A stretch of 32,000 nt of DNA from Candidatus Velamenicoccus archaeovorus. Lineage in GTDB: Bacteria; Omnitrophota; Gorgyraeia; Velamenicoccales; Velamenicoccaceae. The translations under genes and the position numbers were made by a program. The notes beneath the pieces were generated by a model. It worked only from the letters and a program-made list of their open reading frames with translations, was not told the origin of the DNA and made no database searches. Below, piece after piece: positions 8,564 to 17,499 of this stretch. Location: assembly GCF_004102945.1 (NCBI RefSeq), contig NZ_CP019384.1, forward strand, positions 1,470,001 to 1,502,000, in the 5' to 3' direction. How positions within the stretch are numbered: position 1 is the stretch's first letter; every line of letters starts with the position of its first letter.

Positions 8564-9847
8564 TTATTCCTTCGCCAGCTTGATGAACAATCCCATGAGG
8601 TCTTTGCCGAGAAGCTCTCCCAACGACCCGTGAGCAGCCGCCTTCTCCGAGAAACTCACCGTGCCGTCGGATTTGATGTCGCCGCCCGTAACGATGAGCG
8701 GAACAGGGTCCGGCGAGTGCGCTTTAAGCTTGCAGGGTGTCGAATGGTCCGCGGTGACGACGACGATGGTTTCTTTCATATTGAGGTGAGGCAGAAGATT
8801 GCCGAAGAAGTGCTTGTCAATCGCCTCGATGGAGGCCTTCTTGGCCTTAAAATCCCCGTCGTGGCCGGGCTCATCCGGGCCCTTGATGTGGATATAGAGG
8901 CCGTCGAAATCCGCGATCTTCTGGAGGGCGATCTTCGCCCAGACGGAATAATCCACGTCGACGTGGCCGGTGCGGGAAGGGACATCCACAATGCTCAAAC
9001 CCGTCAAAAGCGCGATGCCCTTCTCCACGGGCATCTCCACGAACGACCCGAATTTCAAGTGATAGTAATCGGCCATCGGCGGAAACTTCGGCAGATGGTC
9101 GCCGGCGTCGCGCGAAAGGATGGCATTGGCCGGCACTTTGCCGTCGGCAATGCGCTTCTTGTTGATGGCCGCTTCCTGCAGGACCTTGTGCGATTTCTGT
9201 GTGAATTCGTTCAATAGTGCAGCTGCTTCGATCGCCTGCGGCGACTTTTCGTATCCCGGCATGGGCTGAGATTCCGCCACATAAGGCTCAAAGGTTTCCT
9301 TGGCGAGACCAAAGACGCCCTCGCGGTCATAAGCGGGGTCTGTATTGGTGATCCATGCGGAAAGCTGGGAGTGCATCGACCGGATGACGAGGATGCCGCG
9401 GTGGCCGATGGTGTTCTTGAATTCAAACGTGGCGTTGGTGAGGGTGACCTTGCTGTTGATCTCCCTGGCCAAAACCGTGGCTTCTTCGGTCGTGAGATTC
9501 CGGCCGACCCTGCGGTCCTTGATAGTGCGGCCGTCATCCTGTACGGTCGCAAAGTTGACGCGGAAGGCGACATTACCGTCAGCCACCTTCAGGCCTTCGG
9601 CAAAAGACTCCAAAGGCCCCCTGCCCGTATAGAACTCATGGGCATCATACCCCAAAAGGCTGATGACCGCGATATCCGATTCCGGAGCCACCCCTTTGGC
9701 CACCGTATGGACGACGCCGCTTTTGCCTTTCTGAGCGAGTTTGTCCATATGCGGCGTCAGGGCCGCCTCCAAGGGGGTCTTGTCCCCAAGTTCCTTGATC
9801 GGCGTGTCTCCCAAACCATCTAATACCACGTAAAGAATCTTTTTCAT
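8564..9847 (-). CDS. apgM: Cofactor-independent phosphoglycerate mutase, archaeal type
   Basis: Start trimmed to MKKILYVVLDGLGD (ATG at 9847, SD AAAGGGAGG). Metalloenzyme motifs LDGLGD, HIKGPDEPGHDG and TADHSTP. Confidence 0.85.
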   Translation of the reverse strand: MKKILYVVLDGLGDTPIKELGDKTPLEAALTPHMDKLAQKGKSGVVHTVAKGVAPESDIAVISLLGYDAHEFYTGRGPLESFAEGLKVADGNVAFRVNFATVQDDGRTIKDRRVGRNLTTEEATVLAREINSKVTLTNATFEFKNTIGHRGILVIRSMHSQLSAWITNTDPAYDREGVFGLAKETFEPYVAESQPMPGYEKSPQAIEAAALLNEFTQKSHKVLQEAAINKKRIADGKVPANAILSRDAGDHLPKFPPMADYYHLKFGSFVEMPVEKGIALLTGLSIVDVPSRTGHVDVDYSVWAKIALQKIADFDGLYIHIKGPDEPGHDGDFKAKKASIEAIDKHFFGNLLPHLNMKETIVVVTADHSTPCKLKAHSPDPVPLIVTGGDIKSDGTVSFSEKAAAHGSLGELLGKDLMGLFIKLAKE

Positions 9848-10042
9848 CCTGTCAGACCTCCCTTTGTCATTCAAAAACAAGGAGTTTCATCCCTCACGAA
9901 CTCCAGCCCATCAACCATCAGGATACTTACCCTAAGGTCAAATGGGACTCTTTTAGACCTCTCCCCTTGCTTCCAAAAGATGAATTTTACCACCCCTGCT
10001 GATGGCTGACAAGGGATTTTCTGGTCGAGGCCATATAAGACC

Positions 10043-10076
10043 AAAAAAAAGCACGCCCCATCCTGCGAGGCATGCC
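10043..10076 (-). terminator. Rho-independent terminator candidate after the esterase gene
   Basis: Minus-sense RNA reads GCAUGCC-(11 nt)-GGCGUGC (7 bp, one G-U) followed directly by U8 (plus-strand A8 at 10043-10050). About 75 nt downstream of the stop at 10152. Confidence 0.55.
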
Positions 10077-10151
10077 TTTAAGACTTATCCTGGAAGCTGC
10101 CGCAACAATCAACACCGCCTCCCTCATCCAAGGAGCTGCGGCACCGTGTCT

Positions 10152-11087
10152 CTATTTTCTTTTCTCTTTCGGGTGACGGTCAAAAAAATCCCAGATAATC
10201 TCTGTTGCGGATATTCCCCCGATCTCCGGAGGATCGCCCCACATCCGTTCTGCCGTCCCCCCGGGCCAGGCGTGCCCGCCGCCAATGATGGAATACAAAG
10301 AGACCGATGTCCCTTGCAGACAGAAAGACCAGCTTTTGATCTTCACCAGTCCCTTTTCCATCTCCTGGGGCCGGGTGTCGCAGGCGTCCCTCTCCACCCA
10401 ATAATCCATGGCATGGACCACGGAATTATCCTTGCGTTCATGGCGGTCGTAATAAACAAGCGGCCAGCCCCCTTCGTACAGGACATGCCTGTCTTCCGTT
10501 CCGTGAAAAGCGATGACGGAAACAGGTTCCATCGGCATGCACACGTCGACGTTCATGGCGCCGGCGACCGGCGCAATGGCGGCAACCAGATCGGAAAGCT
10601 CGCAACCCAGCTTATACGCCAGCATGCCCCCGTTGGAGATACCGGTCACGTATACCGCCCTGGCGTCGATATTATATTCCTTGCGGAGCTTGCCGATCAG
10701 GGCGCGGATGAAAGCCGCATCGTCGACGTTGTGCTCCAGGGCATAACCACAGCAATTCCCTGCGTTCCAGGTGAGGAAACGGTCCGGAAGCCGTCCGGTC
10801 CCGTTGGGATAAACAACGAGAAAGCCTTTTTTGTCCGCCTCGCCCGAAAAACCCGTCATGCGCTGGGCATTCTTGGCATTGCCTCCGCCGCCATGGAGGA
10901 CGACGACCAGCGCCCATGGATGCGAACCGTCATAGGCCGCCGGCACATGCAAGAGATACGTCCGCGTCCTGCCGTCGACAACAAGGGAACCCTCGTGATT
11001 GCCGGCGGTCTTTTCCTCAGCGCAAGCAGGACCGCCGAGGAAAACCACGAGACAGAACAACAGGAAAGTGCGCAAAAAGAATAACAT
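10152..11087 (-). CDS. Secreted alpha/beta-hydrolase esterase, PHB-depolymerase/LpqC-like family
   Basis: Start trimmed to MLFFLRTFLLFCLVVFLGGPACA (signal peptide). Motifs VVLHGGGGN, WNAGNCCG and the nucleophile elbow GISNGGML. Confidence 0.75.
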   Translation of the reverse strand: MLFFLRTFLLFCLVVFLGGPACAEEKTAGNHEGSLVVDGRTRTYLLHVPAAYDGSHPWALVVVLHGGGGNAKNAQRMTGFSGEADKKGFLVVYPNGTGRLPDRFLTWNAGNCCGYALEHNVDDAAFIRALIGKLRKEYNIDARAVYVTGISNGGMLAYKLGCELSDLVAAIAPVAGAMNVDVCMPMEPVSVIAFHGTEDRHVLYEGGWPLVYYDRHERKDNSVVHAMDYWVERDACDTRPQEMEKGLVKIKSWSFCLQGTSVSLYSIIGGGHAWPGGTAERMWGDPPEIGGISATEIIWDFFDRHPKEKRK

Positions 11088-11089
11088 CT

Positions 11090-11569
11090 TCAATAAGTTT
11101 TGTGGCCGGGCCGATCCGCCCAGAGAGAAAAAAGCCCAAGACAGGCCTGACGCAGAAAATCTTTGCGGATCCGGACACGGGAGCCGCCCATGGTCTTCAT
11201 GGCGGCATTGGACACCGTCAATTCGTGGAAACCGAACCTTTTGGCGTCGGCGATATGTGCGCCATAGACGATCCGCGAAATATTCGCCCAATGGCAGGCG
11301 GAAAAACACATGGGGCACGGTTCACAGGTTGAATACAAAATACAGCCTGAGAGATCGATGGTCTTCAGCTTTTGACAGGCCTGCCGGATGGCGCAGATCT
11401 CGGCGTGGGCCGTAATGTCCGTGTTTTTCCATACCCGATTATGGCTCACGGCGACCACGCGGCCCCTTCGGACGATGCAGGCGCCAAACGGCGTCTGCCC
11501 ATGCCGCACACCTTCTTCAGCCTTGGCGATCGCCAGGCGCATCCATGCGGTGTCACCGGTTCTTGGCAT
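11090..11569 (-). CDS. CMP/dCMP-type zinc nucleoside deaminase (guanine/cytosine deaminase-like)
   Basis: 159 aa. PFGACIV, HAE (TAHAEICAIR) and PCxxC (CEPCPMC) zinc motifs. Confidence 0.85.
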   Translation of the reverse strand: MPRTGDTAWMRLAIAKAEEGVRHGQTPFGACIVRRGRVVAVSHNRVWKNTDITAHAEICAIRQACQKLKTIDLSGCILYSTCEPCPMCFSACHWANISRIVYGAHIADAKRFGFHELTVSNAAMKTMGGSRVRIRKDFLRQACLGLFSLWADRPGHKTY

Positions 11570-12656
11570 CGCCGCCCCCCGTCTCGTCCATCGTCCAGAT
11601 CAATTCCGTAAAATACGTCATCGGAAGCCCGACGCTGTCCACTCTCACGCACTCCTTGGTCTGCTCCACCAGCTTGCCCTCAATGACCTCTCCGTCTTTC
11701 ATGGTGATCTTTACCTGTGTTCCCGCAGGCAGCTGTTTTATCCGGCCCTTGCTTTCCGGGGCCGGCTGTCCGGTTTTCTCCAGGATTTGATCAAGAGAAA
11801 GATTCTTACCGTCATCCTGTGCGGCAGCGGCGGAAGAAGTCCCTGCCGCAGGCGCCTCGCCCATGGCCTCCGCAAGCGCCGGCAGGACGAAGGCGATCCC
11901 TTCGCTCGAGGCCACTGCCTGCGTCTTTTCGTCCCCGTCGCCGTAGAACTTATCGATCAATGTCTTGTCCTTGAAGAGGTCTCCCTTTAAAGACAAGGAA
12001 ACAGTATTCGCATCATCTTTGACAAACATGCCGGAAACATCCTCGATGGGCGTCGGCATCGTCAGGCGGAATTCCACCTCGAACCGGCTCAGGGCCTTCA
12101 TGAATTTTTCCCTCATCTCTTTCTGCTGCGGCGTCTCGGCCTGCTCTCCTTGCTGCGGCTGCGCCCCTGCCGTTACCTGCCCCTTGGACTCTTCGGCCTT
12201 TTGTTTGTCTTTCTTCAAAAATGCCACCATCCGCCCCTGGTCGTCTTTGGCCAACACAAGATGCGTCATCACAAGACCGCTCTGGAGCAGCTTATTGATG
12301 TCATCGAAGGCGATCATATAATCTACATAGAGATCCTTGTCCCTGATCTCCTTGGCGTAAGACTGGAAACGGATGTTCAAACCGGCTTCTTTGGCCTTCT
12401 TGAACATTTCATCCTGGCTGGAAAACATTTCTTCGGCAAGCGACGGCGGCATCTCTTTTTGATTGCCTCCTACGGCCTGCGTCATGCCCTTGGCCATGGC
12501 CCCCATCGTCGCATCGATCATCTCCAGCGTTCCTTCCGGAACCATCAGATGGACCTCCAGGGTCCCGGATCCGTCCTTTGCGAACGAAAGGTGCTCTTTC
12601 GATTGCAGACAGCCGCACAAAAACAAGCACGACAAAAACACAAGGGCCTTGCGCAT
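11553..12656 (-). CDS. Lipoprotein of unknown function
   Basis: Start trimmed to MRKALVFLSCLFLCGC (lipobox LCGC). About 367 aa, with an acidic/Q-rich central linker. Confidence 0.7.
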   Translation of the reverse strand: MRKALVFLSCLFLCGCLQSKEHLSFAKDGSGTLEVHLMVPEGTLEMIDATMGAMAKGMTQAVGGNQKEMPPSLAEEMFSSQDEMFKKAKEAGLNIRFQSYAKEIRDKDLYVDYMIAFDDINKLLQSGLVMTHLVLAKDDQGRMVAFLKKDKQKAEESKGQVTAGAQPQQGEQAETPQQKEMREKFMKALSRFEVEFRLTMPTPIEDVSGMFVKDDANTVSLSLKGDLFKDKTLIDKFYGDGDEKTQAVASSEGIAFVLPALAEAMGEAPAAGTSSAAAAQDDGKNLSLDQILEKTGQPAPESKGRIKQLPAGTQVKITMKDGEVIEGKLVEQTKECVRVDSVGLPMTYFTELIWTMDETGGGDAKNR

Positions 12657-12752
12657 ATCCTCTCCTTTTCTTGCAAGCCGTCTCGAGACCATTTTCCTCC
12701 CAAGACGGGAATTTCTTTCCAGGCCGTTCGTAGAGCCTCACGGCTTGACAAC

Positions 12753-13235
12753 CTATAAAACCAAAACCTCTTTCGCCCATTGACGGGCTTTATCCGCCGA
12801 TACCTGCGGCGAACGCCGGGGTTCGACGAAATGCATACGGCCGGCAATCACGTTGTCCGCCGCGAGAATTTCTGCCATACGCCCCAGCGTCCTGCCCGGC
12901 CCGCCTCCCGAACAGCAAAAGACGGCGACCCTCTTGCCGCGGATCGCCGTCTTTTCCAAAAAAGAACTCATGGCCGGCGCAGGCGCAAAAGCCCAGACCG
13001 GCGTACCTATGAACAAAAGGTCGTAAACGGCCGGGTCCTTGTCCAGGGGCAGCAAGGCCGGCCGGACCTTCATGAATACCTGACGGCCTCCCCAGAAATA
13101 CTTGGAGAACCCCTTGCTCTGCGGCTGGTCCTGCGTCCGCAGCTCCAGAACATCCGCCCCCGCTGTTTCAGCGATGGCTTGAGCGATCAGGCGCGTATTG
13201 CCGTCAAACGAATAGTAAACAACAAGCGTCTTCAT
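12753..13235 (-). CDS. Flavodoxin-fold protein
   Basis: The body starts at MKTLVVYYSFDGNTRLIAQAIAE (ATG at 13235). The tracked ORF extends in frame to a TTG at 13313 through a repeated leader block (see findings). Confidence 0.75.
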   Translation of the reverse strand: MKTLVVYYSFDGNTRLIAQAIAETAGADVLELRTQDQPQSKGFSKYFWGGRQVFMKVRPALLPLDKDPAVYDLLFIGTPVWAFAPAPAMSSFLEKTAIRGKRVAVFCCSGGGPGRTLGRMAEILAADNVIAGRMHFVEPRRSPQVSADKARQWAKEVLVL

Positions 13236-13260
13236 CTCGATCCCCGTCCCCAGCCTCCAG

Positions 13261-13343
13261 TAGAATCCCCCGCTGGACTTTATAGTCCAGAGCTCCTTTT
13301 TTCTTGGGAACAATCCCCCAAATGATCTTATCGGCTGGCCGCG
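13261..13343 (-). promoter_or_regulatory. Repeated leader block upstream of the flavodoxin gene (copy 2)
   Basis: 13292-13340 matches 8309-8357 (48/49). Followed by the perfect hairpin ctggact-ataa-agtccag. Confidence 0.7.
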
Positions 13344-13354
13344 GGATTAACGCC

Positions 13355-13510
13355 TTAACGTTTCTCCTGGGCCATCTTTTCCAATAGCTCGATCATCCTG
13401 TCCATCTTGGACATAAGGAACCATGGCAGAAAAAGCCAGGCGATCCCGAGGGCCACGCCCAGGACAAGAAAGATCATCCAGAAAAAAGAAAACATCGTCT
13501 CCGTCATCAT
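13355..13510 (-). CDS. Small single-TM protein (51 aa), unannotated in the ORF track
   Basis: Own translation gives MMTETMFSFFWMIFLVLGVALGIAWLFLPWFLMSKMDRMIELLEKMAQEKR. SD CAGGAGG lies 4 nt upstream; the ORF starts 22 nt after the antiporter stop. Confidence 0.45.
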   Translation of the reverse strand: MMTETMFSFFWMIFLVLGVALGIAWLFLPWFLMSKMDRMIELLEKMAQEKR

Positions 13511-13532
13511 CAACCTCCTGCCTGTTTGTGCG

Positions 13533-14780
13533 TCATGCGTCCTTATGCAACTCCTGCGCCCTGGAAAGCGAAAAACGGGCCAGGATGGGCCCCACCAGCT
13601 CGTGGATCACGCAGGCCCCGATGATGATGCTGACAATCATATCGGATATGTGACTGAAGGCTGTATTGGCCTTGACGAGAAGCGCCAGGCCGATCACGAT
13701 GCCGCCTTGCGGGATGAGGCCGCCGGCGGTGTATTTGCGCACCTTGTCCGACGAACGCGCCAGGCGCGCGCCCGCATAGACCCCCATTGCTTTTCCGGCA
13801 AAACGGAAAACAATGAAAAAAAGGACCAAAACGAGGCTCGCGCCGAGGACCGAAAAATTCAAGTACATGCCGCTGAGGGTAAAAAATATAACGAAGACCA
13901 GCTCTTCGGTATAGCGTTCCAGGACAGAAAAGATCTCTTCCCTGACAGGACTGAAGTTGACGACCACCATCCCCATGGTCATCGTAGACAGGAGTTCTTC
14001 CACATGAAGGAAACGCGCCATACCGTAACAAAGGATGGTCAGGGCAAAGACGGCGACGATCATGAATCCCTCGCCTTCGCGATAAATAAGTCGCATCACG
14101 AAGAGAAAAATGACGCCGAACAAGATCCCAAGCCCGACGGCACCAAAAATAACCCCCACGGGACCGAAAAACGTCGCGAGGGCGCTGACATGCTCATGCA
14201 AAACCATGGCCTGCGCTACGACCATCGCGATGCTGTAATTCATGATCCCCGTCACGTCATCGAGGGCGGCGACGCCCATGATGGTGGACGTCACCTCTCC
14301 GGAAGCCTTATATTCATGGGTGACGGCGAGGGTCGCCGAAGGGTCCGTCGGCGAAGCCAGCGCCCCCATCAGCAAGGCAAACGGCAGGTAGACCCAAAAA
14401 CTGCTGTGGCCCGGCGCCGACGGCAAAAAGAACGGCGCCACGGCGGCCATCCCCGCGATGACCACAAAAAAAGCGCACTCCGCCTCAAAAAGCGTAATGA
14501 AAAGAATGCTCCTGCCGAGGCTTTTGACACGAGGATAGAAGAGCGTGCCGCCGATGGAAAACGTGATGAAACTCAGCGCTACATCTGTGATGATCTCGGC
14601 ATGCCGGACAAAGCTCTGGGGGACGATATTCGTAAAACCGGGATTGAGGAGAATGCCGGCGAAGATATAGCCGGTGATCTTGGGAAGCCTCAGGCGAACC
14701 GCAAGCTCCCCGAAGACAAGCCCAAGAAAAATGATGATGCCCGCAACCAGGATTAACGGCAAAGAAATGTTCATGGGCAC
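13533..14780 (-). CDS. Cation:proton antiporter (CPA1/CPA2 Na+/H+ exchanger family)
   Basis: 415 aa with about 11-12 TM segments. Sequence pattern typical of the Na_H_Exchanger family (LPKITGYIFAGILLNP, ASPTDPSAT). Confidence 0.85.
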   Translation of the reverse strand: MPMNISLPLILVAGIIIFLGLVFGELAVRLRLPKITGYIFAGILLNPGFTNIVPQSFVRHAEIITDVALSFITFSIGGTLFYPRVKSLGRSILFITLFEAECAFFVVIAGMAAVAPFFLPSAPGHSSFWVYLPFALLMGALASPTDPSATLAVTHEYKASGEVTSTIMGVAALDDVTGIMNYSIAMVVAQAMVLHEHVSALATFFGPVGVIFGAVGLGILFGVIFLFVMRLIYREGEGFMIVAVFALTILCYGMARFLHVEELLSTMTMGMVVVNFSPVREEIFSVLERYTEELVFVIFFTLSGMYLNFSVLGASLVLVLFFIVFRFAGKAMGVYAGARLARSSDKVRKYTAGGLIPQGGIVIGLALLVKANTAFSHISDMIVSIIIGACVIHELVGPILARFSLSRAQELHKDA

Positions 14781-14920
14781 AGGAGGATGTTTGTTTTTCT
14801 TGCCCTGCGCCAGCCCCGAACCCGGCTGAACGCTCCATGAAAATATTTCACAATCGGTTCATGGCGGTGCAGGGTTTCGCTGCACACCGTCAGAAAAGAA
14901 ACCGCCGGCCTGCTCGCTTG

Positions 14921-14972
14921 TCTCGGCCCTGGCCTTGCACCTGGCCTTGCCCGAAGAGCAGGCCGAGGCCAG
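14921..14972. repeat. GC-rich element, copy 2 (degenerate)
   Basis: tctcggccctggccttgcacctggccttgcccgaagagcaggccgaggccag. Shares ctggccttgcccgaagRgcaggccgagg with copy 3. Confidence 0.65.
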
Positions 14973-15080
14973 ACACGCAGACAGACGTACCGATAGAGCT
15001 TCACTTTACCAATGTCTAAAGAGTACATCAAGACATTTATCCACATTTTGCAACCACGGGCTCCGGAGCACAACCGTCGG

Positions 15081-15608
15081 CTAACGCCTGTTTTCATCAA
15101 GCCTGGCGCGCACCTTGCGCATAAAAATCAGAAGGCTCTCTATCGAAGGCGGCAGGGCATTATATTCCATCTCGATACGCTTCTCCAACCGGGGCGTCGT
15201 GACCTCCAGCCATTCGGCACCCTGATCATAGCAATCCGGGCATCCATATCTGTCCTGCGCGGACACAAATTCCGTCGCCTCGATGAGGTTTTTGAGGATG
15301 TTATACTCGGAAGGCGATAAATAACGCGTGACCTCGACGGGCGGATAGCGGGAATCGGGCGGCTGGCTGGACTTCTTGAAAGCGGCCTTCCGCCCCTCGA
15401 TGACAAGTTCGGCATCGGAATACCCCACGCATACGCCGAAATGATAGCCGTTCTTCACGATGAACTCCGGCTCCTTTGTTTCTTTTTCCCGGAGGGGATT
15501 TCCCTGCGCGGAAAAAGAAACAATTAACAATGAAAAATTAAAAATGAACAAATAAAAAAAACAAAGACCCGCGCGGAAACGATACCCTGCCTTCCTTTGT
15601 GTCCTCAT
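15081..15608 (-). CDS. Secreted protein of unknown function
   Basis: Start trimmed to MRTQRKAGYRFRAGLCFFYLFIFNFSLLIVSFSAQG (signal peptide). Contains CPDC. The N-terminal extension in the track is translated repeat DNA. Confidence 0.6.
   Translation of the reverse strand: MRTQRKAGYRFRAGLCFFYLFIFNFSLLIVSFSAQGNPLREKETKEPEFIVKNGYHFGVCVGYSDAELVIEGRKAAFKKSSQPPDSRYPPVEVTRYLSPSEYNILKNLIEATEFVSAQDRYGCPDCYDQGAEWLEVTTPRLEKRIEMEYNALPPSIESLLIFMRKVRARLDENRR
15526..15545. repeat. AT-rich inverted repeat, left arm
   Basis: aacaatgaaaaattaaaaat is 19/20 identical to the reverse complement of 15853-15872. Lies inside the signal-peptide codons of the 15081-15608 gene. Confidence 0.7.
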
Positions 15609-15776
15609 GAATCTCCCCGGGCTTCGCCCTCGCCCGAGCGAGGACAGGCCCGGGGTTTCTTTCCTAGATGATCCCGCCAGTTTGCTACGCAAACTCCCGG
15701 CGGGATAATCGTTGTGCATTTCCGCCACCACAACTTAGGCGGACCCGCCGATCTTTGATGGCGGGCAGCCCCTGTT

Positions 15777-15826
15777 TCGGCCTGCCCCTGGCCTTGCCCG
15801 AAGGGCAGGCCGAGGGCAAGGCCAGG
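15777..15826. repeat. GC-rich interleaved inverted-repeat element, copy 3
   Basis: tcggcctgcc (15777-86) pairs with ggcaggccga (15804-13). cctggccttgcc (15787-98) pairs with ggcaaggccagg (15815-26). 29 nt are identical to the reverse complement of copy 1. Confidence 0.85.
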
Positions 15827-15852
15827 ACCGGGGATTTCTGCACTCCGATTAA

Positions 15853-15872
15853 ATTTTTCATTTTTCATTGTT
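15853..15872. repeat. AT-rich inverted repeat, right arm
   Basis: atttttcatttttcattgtt. Partner of 15526-15545. Confidence 0.7.
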
Positions 15873-15889
15873 CATTTATAATTGTTGCC

Positions 15890-16570
15890 CTACCTCACCC
15901 TTTCGGCATTCTCCTCCGCCAGGACCCCGCCCCATTCCACGACAGCAAACCCCTTGCGGCGGGGTGTCTGGATCTCTGGCGGCGCGTACCTTTTGGCTTC
16001 TTTCAACGGAATAAAATACAAGATACGCCGGATGACGGTATCCGGGATCGGCGTGATCACCATTTTGGCGTTCTCATTAAGAAAATCCGGGGAAACCAGG
16101 GCGATCTCGTAATAGGCGCCCTGCGTCAGCCTGTTAAGCCAATACTCCTTGAAATCCTGGATCTCCAGGACATTGAGGCCCAGGTCCGCCAGGTGATCGT
16201 CAAGCCACCCCTGAAGGTCTTCTCTCTTGACGACCCAGCTGCCCGGCAAAAACACGAGAGGTTTCTCCAGCACCGCTTCATAATAAAGATAGTCGCGCTC
16301 GTTATTGATGGTGCCTTTGCGCGTAACATGGACAAACCAGCCGTTGTCATAAGCCGGCTCGGAACGGAAAATCGCGCCTTTCACTTCCAGGGTCACCTGC
16401 ACGTCCGATTCGATGCCCGGATAAAGATAGATCGCCGGTTTCTCAAGGATTTCCTGCGGGGCGGCCGCCGCCATGACGCCCGCCGTCAAAAACAGGACAA
16501 TCACCGCTGCGCGCACCTTCAATATCGCGGAGGCCTTCTTTCTGTTTTCTCTCAAGCGTCTCTCCCCCAT
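15890..16570 (-). CDS. Exported protein of unknown function
   Basis: 226 aa. N-terminal hydrophobic segment AAVIVLFLTAGVMAAAAP. No recognisable motif. Confidence 0.6.
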   Translation of the reverse strand: MGERRLRENRKKASAILKVRAAVIVLFLTAGVMAAAAPQEILEKPAIYLYPGIESDVQVTLEVKGAIFRSEPAYDNGWFVHVTRKGTINNERDYLYYEAVLEKPLVFLPGSWVVKREDLQGWLDDHLADLGLNVLEIQDFKEYWLNRLTQGAYYEIALVSPDFLNENAKMVITPIPDTVIRRILYFIPLKEAKRYAPPEIQTPRRKGFAVVEWGGVLAEENAERVR

Positions 16571-16579
16571 CTTAACCAG

Positions 16580-17377
16580 CTAGTCTTCAACGATCAAGAG
16601 CAACCGCCACACATTCCCGCCGACATCAACCGTCGTCCAGTAAGCCTTTTTCTCCACGGGCTCCTGCGACCGCCTGCCGACAAACGTATAGGTGCCCTCG
16701 CCCGTTGCGTCCTTGACGACACGGCGGCAAAGCTCCAGGAGCGACGGGAAATCCCGATACATCGGGTCTGTGAACACGTTGCGGCCGATCTCCGATTCGT
16801 CCGAAAAAAGAATCAGCCCGTCCGTCTGCAGGACCATCGCTTCATACGGCAGGCCGTCCATCTCCGGCCCCAGGGCCAGCTTTATGAAATCCGCCGGCTT
16901 CATCAGGACGCTCAAGGTGCCCTTCTTGCGGCCGGACCCGTCTTCGAGAGGATATTCATAATCCAGGGCATCGAAACCTTCCACGGCGCGAAAGACCCCG
17001 CTAAAAACAGCGCGGCCCGATGCGTTGGCCTTGACAAACTGGGGCTGGCTGCTGATATCCTTGCCTTCATAAATACGGTAGGCCTCAGGCTCAACATAGG
17101 TCATCACGCCATTTTCATTGACGTAAGTGCAATCCACGCTGTAAGCCAAGGCCCCGCAAAGGTCCGAAAGGACGCTGCGCACCTCATCTTCGCGGACATC
17201 GCCTTCGGAGAGCCTGTCCGACGCCGTCCGTGTTTCTTCGCCGAGCATCCCGGCCACCGCCTCGAGGCGGCTTTTCAATGCTTCCAGTTTCGCCAGTGGA
17301 TCGACCCCTTGCGAAAAACTCTGCGCCGGCAGATACGCAAAAAATACAAGAAACACTGCCAGGACGGCTTTTTTCAT
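16580..17377 (-). CDS. Secreted protein, possibly a Cache-like ligand-binding fold
   Basis: 265 aa. Signal peptide MKKAVLAVFLVFFAYLPAQSFS. The Cache resemblance is a by-eye impression only. Confidence 0.5.
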   Translation of the reverse strand: MKKAVLAVFLVFFAYLPAQSFSQGVDPLAKLEALKSRLEAVAGMLGEETRTASDRLSEGDVREDEVRSVLSDLCGALAYSVDCTYVNENGVMTYVEPEAYRIYEGKDISSQPQFVKANASGRAVFSGVFRAVEGFDALDYEYPLEDGSGRKKGTLSVLMKPADFIKLALGPEMDGLPYEAMVLQTDGLILFSDESEIGRNVFTDPMYRDFPSLLELCRRVVKDATGEGTYTFVGRRSQEPVEKKAYWTTVDVGGNVWRLLLIVED

Positions 17378-17499
17378 TTGAAGGCTCCCTTTTTATGGCA
17401 ACGCCCGCGGATCCTGCTGTTCTCGACCTGTCCGCCGACGCCGTCCAATGCACAGCCGGCCTCAACGCATCCTTTTTGTCTTACTCATCGGCGGACGCT

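Noticed and set aside
13407-14756. 449-aa plus-strand ORF, and similar long plus-strand ORFs at 15668-17680 (670 aa), 10002-11084 (360 aa) and 2971-3999 (342 aa)
   Set aside because: Each is entirely antisense to a minus-strand gene with clear family motifs (antiporter, secreted proteins, esterase, nadE). Each has R/G/P/H/D-rich low-complexity composition typical of shadow ORFs in high-GC DNA, and none has an SD or a recognisable motif.
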